A stretch of 64,000 bases of DNA. Origin: Felis catus (Eukaryota). Positions within the stretch are counted from its first letter, which is position 1; every line of letters starts with the position of its first letter. The stretch spans positions 225,062,001-225,126,000 of the forward strand of contig NC_058368.1 of assembly GCF_018350175.1 (NCBI RefSeq), written 5' to 3'. A program made the translations under genes and the position numbers. Shown here piece after piece: positions 51,649 to 64,000 of the stretch. The notes beneath the pieces are model-generated. The model was given only the letters and a program-made list of their open reading frames with translations, did no database searches and was not told the origin of the DNA.

Positions 51649-53896
51649 AAATGAGTTGTCGCTGTTGTTTTAATCAGTCCCTGAAGTCCTTCTTCATTCG
51701 GTCACTTTGGCAAGAGTCAAGCACGACTTTTGAAACTACAACTCATTGCACAAATGTAAGTATCACCGCTGTTCTCTTGGCGAAGAAGGTTACAGGTAAA
51801 TCTCCTGAAATCCCAGGGGTAAAGGAATGTTCTCACAAGATCCGCTTGTAAAAAATGAAATCAATGGACTCAGGCATCTGATTTCTTTGTATTTAGAGCA
51901 ACAGACAAGAAGAAAACTAGGCTTTGGATTTCTTTATATTAAGCCTCCGCCACAGGGAGGCAAAAGAAGAAGGAATACAATGTAATTTGATGGTGGGTGT
52001 ATTTGCAAGCAACCGAGTCCAAAAAAGAAAGACTATGCTGACCAACTCTCACAGTTTACTTTTTAAAGTTGTGGGGAAAAGAGATGGCCAAACTTTCTAT
52101 TTTGGTAAATTTTTGTTCTAAAAAAAAAAAAATCAAATTAAAAATAACAATATCCAATCATCTCTAAATGAGTCCAACTAAAAACACCGCCAAAGGACTT
52201 ATAACGTTTTTTTAAAAGCCTTATTCTCGCGATTCCTTCCTTGGCCCTGAAAATAATGGTTTCAAATGACTTAGTCGGTGTTTGACTCCTTCGCTGCCTT
52301 TCTACGTGTACATTTTGAAATGCTTCCTTATGGGAAAGCCATCACATGGTTAGCTTTCGTCATTTATGAAATCTCTCTACTGCCTGCGTCTCAAACCGGC
52401 ATGTTCTGTTTCCAGCAACAGGGGGAGCTTTCCAATAAGGAAAATTCCTTGCTAAAAGACAGGTTTAAAATATAGCTGAATGTGTTTTTAAAATACATAA
52501 CTGCGTTCCCAAGGGAGAAAGGGAACTCAGATGCCAGAAACAAGGGAAAGAGTGAAAGGCGGACCTGGAGACATGTGAGCTGCCCCAGGGGCGGCCCTAA
52601 GTGGGGCAGAACACTAGTGTTTAGTCGCTAGTAGAATACCCCTAATGACATCCGCATTTGTACCTACCGTAATCTTCACATAGCTGCAAGCATTTGACTA
52701 ATCTATTACGTCTTCAAGTGAGGATGAAGTCACGAATGAAATCTCCATCGTCTTAGAATCGGGGCACTGTATTTTCGAAGCACGCATGTGCAGCGCCTAC
52801 AGTATCGACGATTGCTGTTTCAGAACGGAAAAGAAGGAATCGCAAAAATAGTTCATCGGATCATATGACATGGCTGATACTGGCAGAGAAAGGCATCCAG
52901 TCCACGACTGAAGTCGAGCAGGCAGGAGACAGGCCAGAATGTGGGCCACGCTAGTGCAGTCCGAGGTTCCGCCACCTCTCGGACCATCAGCTGGTTCACA
53001 CTTCCAAAAATGATCACCTCCTGCTCTGTCTGTGACGCTGACAGTTTCTACATCTTTGTCTGCTTTGGGTTGTTATATAAGTCCTGGTTCTGTTCCGTAA
53101 GCTTGCGGAGTGCCAGGCCCCAGAAAGGAAGTCAGGGGAGAGGCTAAAAATTCCTTCCATATTTATTTGTGTGGAATCTTCATTTTTCAAGTATATACCA
53201 GATGTAAAGAAGTTTTCTTGTTCTAGTGCCATCTGTCATCTTAGAGTTAGGATCAATTCACATGATATCCTTTAAAAAAAAGGTAGTAAGAGGGCCAGGT
53301 TTTATATCTTTTCTCTGTTATAACCAATCGTGTTTAACTTCTCAACCTATGGTTTCCTTGTCCATAAAGTGGAACTTAGGCCATGCCTAGCTACATAAGT
53401 TCATGGTAAAGATCAAATAAAATAAAGTCTGTCGAGTGTTTCAAAATGCCAAGGTACTGCCTTATGATCAGGGAAATTTATACAGCCAGGTTGGAATATC
53501 ATGGTGGTAAAAAAACCAGAGAGAACACCAGAGTGGGCCAAAGTGAGGAATTCAAGTTTGATTCCAAAAGGAATATTTATTTAGGACGTACAAAAGGGTT
53601 TGATGAAGTCACAAACGCAGCCACCATACTTAAGGATAATGACAGGCACTTTCTTCGATGCGTATCTAAGGATATTCTTAGAAAATATTCCCGAGATCCA
53701 ACACTCGCCCAGGTTTGCATGCAGAGTAATATCACCCATGGTGCTGACGTTTGCCGCGAGGTTCTATGGCAGCCAGATATCCCTCAGTACACCTGTACTT
53801 CCTCTACCCCATGGAGAGAAAAAAGGAGAGTCAAGCCTTTCATGTGGGCAGGCCCCGAGCCAAGACCTTTAAGGTCTTAGGATGACTTGCAAAATT

Positions 53897-54117
53897 CTTT
53901 TTCATTTTTTAAAAATAACATATTGTCAAGTTAGCTAACATACAGCGTATACGATGTAGTCTTGGCTTCGGGAGTAGATTTCCGGCATTCATCCCTTGCA
54001 TACAACACCCAGGGCTCATCCCAACAAGAGCCCTCTGCAATGCCCATCCACCCCCTCCCGCATCCCCCCCATCGACCCTCCGTTTGTTCTCTGTATTTAA
54101 GAGTCTCTTATGGTTTT
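53897..54117 (-). mobile_element. Truncated carnivore/feline L1 3' end
   Basis: attgtcaagttagctaacataca...tacaacacccagggctcatcccaacaag...aagagtctcttatggttt. Confidence 0.85.
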
Positions 54118-54517
54118 ATTGAAATATTTCCCCACATAGCAATCCCCTGAACAAATATTTCCCATATTGAAAAGAAAATTGAGTGGCTATTGCAGTCCCG
54201 TCTTTCTTACTGTGCGTGACAGGCCTGGAACTTGCTCGGGAATATTTCTCCACACGAACTTTGGCATCCAAATGTAATTTTTAAATTCTGAGTGACACAC
54301 ACACACACACACATCCACTCTTCTCCTTGTGATAGTCTTACCTGACGCTCTGGGAAAAGTGGGTGACGATCTCCTTGTAAGCTCTTAGGCAGGAAAGACA
54401 TAGTGGCCGCAAACTTTTTAAAAATTAACCCCACGTGTACTTCCAACGATAGGTAAAATGCAGTTGGTGCAGCCAAACATATTTTTGCTAGACCAACTAT
54501 GGAATATAAATTTACTT

Positions 54518-54742
54518 CGGGCTCCTGGGTGACTCAGTCGGTTGGGCTTCTGACTTCAGCCCATGTCATGATCTCACAGTTCCTGAGTTCGAGCCCCGCA
54601 TCGGGTTCTGTGCTGACAGCTCAGAGCCTGGAGCCTGCTTCAGATTCTGTGTCTCCCTCTCTCTCTGCCCCTCCCCCACTCGTGCTCTGTCTTCTCTCTC
54701 TTCTCTCAAAAATACATACACGTTAAAAAAATTTTTTCAAAT
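54518..54742 (+). mobile_element. SINEC_Fc
   Basis: Full body with A-rich tail. Confidence 0.95.
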
Positions 54743-55369
54743 ACATGTATTTCAAAGATCACAGTTGAAAAGATCAGAGAATTGTGGAACCAAACAGAAC
54801 TAAATGAACTACAATTCCAAGGCAGAGAGCTTCCCTGAGGTGAGCTGTCTCTCACGGACTGTTTTCTTCATTCACAGATCCTAGGCACAGTCTGAAGGCC
54901 AGACCCGGCCCATGTATAAGGACCACAGGAGGGACAGAAACCAGCCAAGCTATTGGCATCCATGCAAAGGACCACAGTGACTTGAAATGAAAATCTCCCC
55001 AAATGCTCAGCCAAGTTTCTTCATGGTACTGTTGTTGAATTCCAAGGCTGAGCTCCAGGCTGAGAAGCTTCTGGAAGGTAAACTAAGATCTCCAGTAATT
55101 ACCATAGTAACTGGGAGAGACTGGCTCAGAATCAGGGCTGGTGTCCCCAGGATGTTCACCAAGTTTGGAAATACGTAGTGCGTGGCAAGACGCAAAAGTT
55201 GTCTCTCGGGGGTCTCAGTCAAAAGTGCAGGAGAGACAGGCCCAAGGAAGAAAGACAGAACTAGAGAACTAAAGCAAAACCAAACCAGAACTAAAACCTC
55301 TATGGTCGTGATCCAGTTTAGTCCCTACAGACTGAGGTGACCACCTCCTCCCCTCATCGGCCTCACAGG

Positions 55370-56085
55370 GAAAAGTGCAGCCCTGTCTGCTAGAAGTAGA
55401 ATCACACAAAAGCTCCGACTCTGGCTTCGTACATAACACCTGGCATCTGATAACAAATTACTAACATGGAAAGAGACAGAAAAACATGAGCAATAACCAA
55501 ATGGAGCAAATGATACAAGTGGATATGAAGATAAAGTGGATATTGCTGTTAGCATCCAAAGACTCTGATAAAATAATCAATAGGTTTAAAAAATTGGAAG
55601 AAAATACGGACAAAAGCGATGAAACGATGTGACATTTGATCAAACATTAGAATCCATTAAAAAATATATATTCTAAGACTGAAAACTACAATACCCAAAA
55701 CTAAGACTTCACTGGATAAACACAGCAGAAGATTCATTAAATGGTCCCAAAGACAGATGAGTATAAAATATTCGACTAAAGCACAAGAGAATAAAATAAT
55801 ACACATTATCAATCACGTGCAGGTCATAGGGCAAAACCCTACATCCTTATTATTAGAATAACTGAAGACAAAGAAGTAGGAGGAGAAGGATGAGGGGTGC
55901 GGGAAGGGGTGGGGGGAAGAAAAAGAAAGGGAATAAAAGACCAGGGCAGAAAAAAATATATAAGGAAAACACGATCAAGAATTTTCCAAAATTCTTAAAG
56001 CAACCTTCATATTCAAGAATCTCAGCTAGCCCCAAAATACAAAAGAAAATCATAACCAGGCATATCACAAACCGCTAAAGACAAA
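55370..56085 (+). mobile_element. Decayed L1ME-like ORF1 region
   Basis: A-rich motifs (actgaaaactacaatacccaaaac; aattttccaaaatt; attcaagaatctcag; accaggcatatcaca). Confidence 0.6.
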
Positions 56086-56446
56086 AGATTCGCCCTGATT
56101 CTGATAGGATAGTCAGTATGCCATAATCTTAATTTTAAACCCAAGTAGAATGTGCTATGAATTATTTTTTAATACTGCTTAAAGGGAAATTAACTTCCAT
56201 AACTTCAAAACAAGACCAAGTGAGAGACACATAAACGTGTTTCTTGTCTGAAGCTTTGAGCTTCTTTGCAAAATAATAGACACCATTTGTTTCCAATTAT
56301 CCTATAATCGAGATAAAACCAATTTCCAGAAGAATCTCCATGCCTGATCAATATGAGTAAATTGGAAAGTGATTCCAAAGAAGCAATTAGGAATGTTAGC
56401 TCTTAACTCTTCCTTCATGCATTTGCTTTAGAAAGCTTGGCTGAAA

Positions 56447-56658
56447 GGTGCCTGGGTCGCTCCGTCAGAAGAGCCCGATTCTTGATTTTAACTCAGGTCA
56501 TGATCTCAGGATTCCTGAGATGGAGCCCTGTGTTGGCTGCTGCTCTGAGAGCACAATGCCTGCTCGGGATTTTCTCTCTCCCTCTCTGCCCCTCCCCTGT
56601 GCTTGCTCGCTCTCCCTCAAAATAAATAAATAAACATTAAAAAAAAAAAAACAAAAAA
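56447..56658 (+). mobile_element. Older CAN-SINE
   Basis: Body plus tail; flanking tggctga repeats. Confidence 0.92.
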
Positions 56659-59289
56659 CCATGGCTGAGGTCGTTCAAGACACTGGAATCACGGGAATTA
56701 GCCAAACTGAAGGTGGAATCAGAGGTAAAGAGTTGACATTTGTTAAGCCCTTAGTAGGTGCTGGGCATTATTTTAAACTCTTTCCAAGATCATCATGCAT
56801 GAGAAGTGAGCTTCACATAGATCATACGTGGATATGAAAATGAGCTCATTCATAACCTGAACTTCCATAGTGTAAACTGTTCCAGACAGTCTGATGTTTT
56901 CAGTTCTGCTTCCACTCCTTTTTCGTCCTATTTAGGGGTAAACACACATTCTAGCTGTTGGTTTCTGGATTTTGTCTGGAGGGTCACAGATCCCAATGGG
57001 ATCACCCTGGGCTCCCACTGAGTTCTTTCTCACAGACCAAGCCTGGTCTCCTCTCTGCCCCCCCACAGCCTCCTCTCAGAAACTTCCAGCCCCTCTCCCT
57101 TCCTCACATTACACCACCCCCTCCCCAACCACAAGCGGGCTGTGACATGGGATATCGTGCCCTGGCTTTTCTCTTCCCATCCAGCACACATATCCATTTC
57201 CTCCTGAATTGTGTTCTGCTAATCACTTCGGGAAACAGGAACAATTAACATCATAAACATGAAGGATATACCTGTTGCATAAACATGATATACCTGTTGC
57301 AGAATTTCCTGAACCACTCTTTTCTCTGCATCTGAAATTATAAGTCAGCTCAGTTGGGATTCTGCTCCCCACCATCCGTCACTGAATTTCCTTCTAGGCC
57401 ATATCCTTTGATTAAATTAAACCCTGCCCATGTCATGAAAACATCTGGTGTCTCAGCTCTCAGCGCTCAGTTCACAATTTGGAGGTCCCCCAGAAGACTT
57501 CTCCTCTCCGGTTCTACAAGCTATTTCCTCCATAATGTGGGAATCTCCAAGGTGAATGATCCATCAGCATTCAGTCCTTCCCATTCGCTGTCCCCTTGGA
57601 GGACAAAGAAAAGACAACATTTGGAACTAAAAGGTTCTCAAAATTTTGTTCTAGCCTCTTCAGACGGACTCACGGACCATCTACCATTAAGTAGACCTAC
57701 ACAAGAAAAAATCATGCCATTAGTCAGCCATTCCTAATTTTCAAACAAACTATGCCCATCTCTCCCCACCTCACCAAGTTGAGTCGTTATCTTTCCAAGC
57801 TAGACACATAGGAATTATCTTTTCCTCTTTCTTTATCGTTTTCCTTTGATATCTGGTGACTATTGATTCCATTATAAGTTTTACAGAGTCACTCTTTCCT
57901 CATGACTCAGTCTTCTTTTTTTTTTTTTTCTTGCTGAAGGTATGTATTTGCTCATTATATGTAGTCATTCTGGAAACATCTTGGAAGACGCCAGTTGGTG
58001 TTTGAAAGATTTACTTTCTACACTGCTCTCTAATCTGAAGGATGTTAAGGATTGCTCCTTCTGTTGTTTCAGGTTAATATTTATTTGTCATGTCTTAAAG
58101 AATTTTAAGAGAATTTTACTTCCCGTAAGATAGAGGTTTTTCGGCATTTCCTGCTGAACTTTTTCTAAACACAATTAAATAGGAAAAGCAGGATTAATTT
58201 ACGTGCACCTTCCTCCACTCTTGCCGCTTTGATTCGTATCATTTTAGTGCCAAAAACAAGTGCATGGAGTAGACTTAGCAGCTAGCAGCTCTCAGCGCTA
58301 CCTACCTGCTCTCCCCTTTCCTGCGTCTACCTAAAGAGCACATGACTCCCATTGCTGGGAGATGTCAAGACTCAGAAAGGAAGTTGAAAATTATGTAAGA
58401 AGTGAGCTGAATGACCTCCATTTCCTTGTCTATGGAGTAAATAATTTGCGGTTTTCTGAAACTGGGAGCGTATCTTAGAGTTCAAGCAAGCTTGGCAGCG
58501 AATGGTCCTAAGGCTCATAAAAATGTGCACACGGGGTTTTACAGACACCAAATCAAATAACTAAAATGAAGCAAAACCAAAACAGAGCCAACGCGTGTCT
58601 GCTCACAGCGTACGGTACCCCAGTCCCAGAACTGCACACACAGTGGTCTATCTTCTACCATGTACTATAAATTCTGTAACGTTAAATAGTTCAGTGGTTA
58701 GGCAGGTTGTTTGAGTTGCCTGTATTGACTTTTAGAATATCTCTACACTCAGTTTTGACCACTTCAAAGAAAGACATGGGTTATGGGTTGTGGCCTGGAA
58801 CTCCAGAACAACCCAGGACCTAGCAAGGACATTGTCCATCGTGCCTCATCTTTTGCATGTTCCGAAGACGGTTGGGACGGGCACTCAGACAATAAAAACA
58901 CTATGAGGATGGAGGTGGGACAGGCAGAAACACACACTCTGGCATGGGGAAAAGAAAAAAGCTAAACTGGAAGATCTTAGCAGTCCACAGATCATTGGGA
59001 GTAAGAGGAAATCGGCTCAGACATACACCAACTTGTCAATTTTTATTTCCCTTTCTAGTAAAACATTAACTGATTATCCAAAGCCCCCCGCCCCCCGTGC
59101 CCAACAGTTAGTGGAAGGAAGAGTCCCAACTAGGATAAGAACATGAGGCCATTAAGTCCACCGCCCATTGGACGTGTGCCTAGCTCACAAACCCTTACCA
59201 CTAGGATCCTCTGTGCGCACTCGTGATCTCCTACTTTTTTTTTTTTCCTCAGAACATTTACCAGAATAAACTTTTAAAAAATAAGCCGT

Positions 59290-59870
59290 ATAATAAAGCG
59301 CTTTCACTCCTCTCCTCAAATCACCCAGTGGAACTCATTATCACAAAGAGAAAAAGCCAAGGTCCTTATGGTAGCCTCCAAGGTCATCCACCATCAGATG
59401 AGCCTACACCTTCACCTAACCCCTCCTCTGACCCTAACACCAGTCATCTCAGATCTTGCCTCCCCCAGGACCCCTTTGTCACTCCATTCCAACCATGCAG
59501 GGCTCCCTTCTGCCTCAGGGCCTTTACACTCTTCATTTTCCTGCTATTCCCCCAGATGTTGCTGTGACTTGTTCTCTCCCTTCCTTTAAGTCAAATATTA
59601 CCTTCCCAGTGAGGCCTTGCTGACCATCTTATCTAAACTTAGAAAATACAATTCCCCAAACTCCTTATCTCCTCCATCCAACTCTCCTTTTCCTACATCT
59701 TCCTTATCACATTCTTACATCTTGTAGAATACGATTTTTTTGTCTCCTCCGCCAGCATGTAAGTTCTACAAAGCGAAGAGGTTTTCTCCTTTCGCTCACT
59801 GCTGAATGCCTGCATCAAAACTAATGCTTGGTACACAGAAAGACTCAAGAACTATTTATAAAACAAATGG
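59290..59870 (+). mobile_element. L2 3' region relic
   Basis: ctgcctcagggcctttacact; ttcccagtgaggcctt; catgtaagttctaca; cttggtacacagaaagactcaagaactattt. Confidence 0.65.
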
Positions 59871-61599
59871 GTAAAACAGAGAGACAATTAACACTTTCTT
59901 CACACTTCATGTCGTCACTGACTGGCTTTCTTATCTTAGACAGGTAACTGATACCTTACCTAACTAACTAGCTTTCTGACTTTAACCAAGTAATTACTCT
60001 GAGCCGTTGTTTTCTCATTTGAAGATAAATGTTAGTCCCTATGGGAATCACCGGAGATAATATATTATAAAAGCATTCCAAAAAGTATTAAATGCTGTAT
60101 AACTTAAAGTTGTGGTTAGAAAACTTACCGATCTAGTTAGCAACTTCTCACGAATGAACAATACAGCTCATCCAAAAGAAATAACATATATCTGTATGTA
60201 AATAAATACAGATACCATATCTATATCTGTACCTATCTACATCCATGTATCTGTATATCTATGTATTGTGTCTATCTACATGGAGAGAGAGAGAGACACT
60301 TCATCCATGATGAAGTTGGAGAATAAATTTGTGTAATGACCACTGTTCGCCCAATTAGGGAGTTAATAAAGAAATGGAAAGAAATGGAATAAAACAAGTA
60401 CAAAGCACAATACTATACTTAATTAAGGTTCTCTCTTTTAATTTAGTGACTGCAATTATTATGGCTTCCTGTTGTAAAACAAATTATTTGGCAGAATGCA
60501 AGTTCCTTGGGGACCAGGAATTTTGAAACGTTCATCAGTATATCCCCCGGGTCTAATAGAAAGTTGTTTGCTCAATGCTTGAGCAAATGAGTAACCAGGA
60601 GAAGCAACAAAAAACTGCAGCAGAAAAACAGGGCAATTGCACAATAAGGACTGGCTGGGACCAGAAGTTGAATTGCGTATCAAAAGGCCATCTCTTTCTT
60701 GACTTGTGACGTTAAGGATGAGTGGGCATTTTTGAAAAGGTACATGATGTTTCCGTTGCAGTTGAGCACAAGTCACCATAGGCTCAGGGTGTTCTAGACA
60801 CAGAAAGCCAAGAGTGGGTGGGAGAGAAATGGGGGGTGGGGGGTGGGGGGGCAGTAATAAACCATCAGGGTGCTTCATAATTACAGTTTGATCCAGCAAA
60901 TCCTAAGGGTTGGTATTTCATTGCCTACTTAATCATATAAAAATCCTCACGGGCATTCGACCTGACCTGCTCAACCTGAACTTTAAGTCACAAAAGAGAA
61001 AAGTGGGGGGAGGGTTGTAGAATGAGAAACTTCATACGGCTGCCTTTAAAAATAAAACCAAACAAAAATAAAGACTACTTAAAATTCACCTACGAATATT
61101 GACATTTCTAAAACAAAACAAAACAAAACAACTCAGCTTTAAAGCGACGGGATAGAGGGTGGAAGTGAGACCAGTATTCTCTTTTGATCTTTGCACGGCC
61201 CCAACTTTATTTTAATAATGTGTCCAAAGACTGATTCAACCTCTCTCTCACTTTAATAAAGGTTCGCTAGTGGATTAGGAGAGATTTGAAACTGAGCCCA
61301 GCGGAGTCAGCAGAGACAAGTTCCAAACAGCCACTCAGCGCATTCTGAAAAGTACCGAGCTAGCAACCTGGAAAGGATCCACCAGTAAAATTTGGTTGTA
61401 CTTGTGTATGTGGAGCCCCACTGGACTGACAAAACGTCCACTTCTAGATGGACACGAGGGGCAGCGTTACCCGAAATGAACAAAGCAAAGATCATTGTGC
61501 TCAATGGGAGTCCATTCCAACATTAACACGGCCCATCAGCATGGAAAATAACAAAGGGGAAGACTGACAGTCCAGCGTATGTTATGATGATGACAAGAA

Positions 61600-61760
61600 G
61601 CATGAAGGCCATCTATCGACCAGGGAGAGAGAACTCACCAAGAGCCCAACTATGCTGGCATGCTCATCTCAGACATCTAACCTCCAAAACTGTGAGAAAT
61701 AAACATTTGTTGTTGAAGCCACCCAATCTGTAATTTGTTGAATTGGCCCACGCTCGGGCA
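61600..61760 (+). mobile_element. MLT1A/MST-like LTR, 3' half
   Basis: cctccaaaactgtgagaaataaacatttgttgttgaagccacccaatctgtaatttgtt. Confidence 0.75.
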
Positions 61761-63931
61761 GATAGATACGTGGACAGATGGACAGACGGACAGACAGACA
61801 GACAAATTTTTTTCCAGGCATGCCTCTTTACCCCCAAACACTTCAGAGTGTACTTCCCAGGTGAAGGCATAGTCCCTCACATGACCACTGTACAGTTAAT
61901 CAACTTCCTAAGTTTAGACCCATACGACAATTTTACAGAACCTGCCAACTCTAATCTAATTTTGTTGGTCAACCTCATAATGTCTTTATGGCGATTTTTC
62001 CCTCCAGGTCAGAACTGGGGCGCCTTCGTTGTTGTTGCTTATGTATTACGCCAAGTCTTTGGTGAACGCACGGACATCCCTTTTCAGGACTTGTAAGAAC
62101 AGCCCTTGTAATCTCTCCCATATCTACCCTCTGTTTCATTCTTGTCCCTCCTTTTTGTCACAGGACTCAAACAGAGAAGGCAATGATGACCTTAGACCCA
62201 GGCAAACTGGGCTCCCGTCTGAGTTCCTGTGCTTCAAGGGATCTTAAGCTCCCTGTGCATTCCACGAAATTCTCTAAGACTCCCTACTCCCACCCCTCTG
62301 GTGCTGGGGCCTGGCTGCGCAGGTTCCCTGAGCTTGGATGGGGGCCAGCATGCGATCCGTCTTCATCTGGACCCTTTAGCGTTCTCTCCAACCCTCTACC
62401 TTGTGCTGGGGAGCAGGTTGGGGGACCCGATGCCTTGAAGAGCTTCCAGACTTGTGCCTGTGGGGTCCTCCAGGGGCTGGGGCCCTCTGGGGCCCTGGGG
62501 CTGGGCTCCAGTTCCAGAAAAGCAGCCTGGCGAGATGCTCGATTCTGCTGACGGGCCCAGGATTGTTTCCATGGGGTGGTGTGAGACCGGGCTGCTGGAG
62601 TGGTGCTAACACCCTGAGATTGATGATCCTCATTCGCTTGGATACAGGAAGAGCTCAGGACCCTGCGCCCCAACAGCCCACAGCCAACCCCCCGAGTCTG
62701 AGCTGCATCTGTAGTCTCTTACATCCTCGGCCACCCATCGTGCCCCCTGGGGATGCTGCCGGTGGCCTACGGCACCCGAAATAGCAAGTGTCATTTACCC
62801 TGTGCACCCCCCTCCCCCACTGCTGGCACCCCATCCCTCTGCAGGCTCGCACCTCATGTGATACCGTCCTTGGGAGTGACCCCACCTCTCTCCTCCAAGG
62901 GCTTTCGACACTGTTGCTCTGCAACATCATTAGGCCTTTCCCTTCACGTCCGCTCTGGCCTCAGTTGACGTGGTGACTTTGTGCTCTCCCATATGAAGCT
63001 GAGTCAAACAAGGGTCAGGGATTCCTCGCATCAATAGGATCACTGTTCTGGCTCTACCTACAGATCCCTCCCCTCCCCACCACACTGATGACGGTGAGCA
63101 GAAACCAGGGGTGCAGTCGACACCGAAAAAGATCACATTTTAGGAATGCTGTGATTATAGCCTGAGAAGTTCAAGGGAAGAGGCAGATGGAAACTGTGTT
63201 GTTCTATATTTATGCCATGAAATTCCAAACGATAAATTTAACATGCCCATAAAATAAATTATTGCTCACGTTTCCCTGTGCACTCTGTGCATCTGTGGTC
63301 ACCTTCAAAGAAGCCCAGGCACGACAGTTGAAAGCCATCGGAAGCTACTCACAGGACAGCAAAATGGATGGTGCAGCATCATGAATAACGATGTAACCAG
63401 CACGAAACAAATGGCATTAGGGCCTTTCGGAGCCCAGAACAGCTGCATTGTTTCAATCCAGACAGGTTCTGAGGAGCTACAGGACTTGAATAATAACAGT
63501 GTCGTTACCTTTTTCTCACAGTGGGAGATGTGAAATTACTCAGTAACAGCACATTTGACAACAAAGAATATGAAGCGGTGATTCCTGCACCTAAACCGAA
63601 AGAAACGATACCTGAATAGTATGAAGAATCAAGGGCTCCGATCACGCAAGAAACAAATACGCTGGCGTCTCTTCTCAATCATTCTATATCGTTAACGATA
63701 AATCAATGTGCTTCATAAGTGTTCGTGAATTTTTCAAAGTATTTTTCAACGAAGATGATTCTACACACAAGAGCTCCACCAAAAAAAAATTTTTTTAGCC
63801 GGCATCCCACACGCTCTAGGGGAGGCCTTGAAGCCAGAGGTGGGGTGTAGGCAACCATCACGTCCCAGGCCTAAAAAGCGCATCACAGAGGATAATATCA
63901 CAGTGATGACTCTGAGTTTTTCTTCTTTTCA

Positions 63932-64000
63932 GTTTATTTTACTGATTTATGTAATGTTTATTTGTTTTTGACAAAGAGAGACACAGAGCACAACCAGAGA
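63932..64000 (-). mobile_element. CAN-SINE 3' end, cut by the window edge
   Basis: taatgtttatttgtttttgacaaagagagacacagagcac. Confidence 0.75.

Noticed and set aside
52940..53140. Minus-strand QLMVREVAE resembling histone H3 QRLVREIAQ (H3.Y genes neighbour human TAF11L)
   Set aside because: The flanking sequence has no similarity to H3; chance match.
62183..63136. Cluster of 120-130-aa ORFs in a GC-richer patch
   Set aside because: Open frames on both strands reflect GC content; no recognisable domain or splice architecture.
1..64000. tRNA genes, CRISPR arrays or prokaryote-type systems
   Set aside because: tRNA-like A/B boxes all belong to CAN-SINE heads. There is no repeat-spacer array, and the sequence is mammalian.

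Overview
Mammalian genomic DNA, almost certainly felid (cat-like). The window carries about 20 tRNA-derived CAN-SINEs of the SINEC_Fc type, feline and carnivore L1 3' ends, and ancient MIR, L2, L1M, MaLR, ERV LTR and MER DNA-transposon relics. I found no intact, recognisable protein-coding gene; the ORF-track entries I checked are repeat-derived or chance. The main non-repeat content is a full-length, decayed, intronless TAF11-derived retrogene on + (17588-~18622). It is split by a SINE and two microsatellites. A second, 5'-truncated copy lies ~3 kb away in inverted orientation (21565-21804, -) and shares its inactivating lesions. At several histone-fold positions the copies match the TAF11-like (TAF11L) paralogue family rather than parental TAF11, judged from recalled sequences. 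Smaller observations include a tail-less young SINE, a triple target-site duplication, nested LTRs, a fold-back template-switch scar and a speculative antisense spliced transcript. Repeat family names were assigned by eye and need RepeatMasker/Dfam confirmation.
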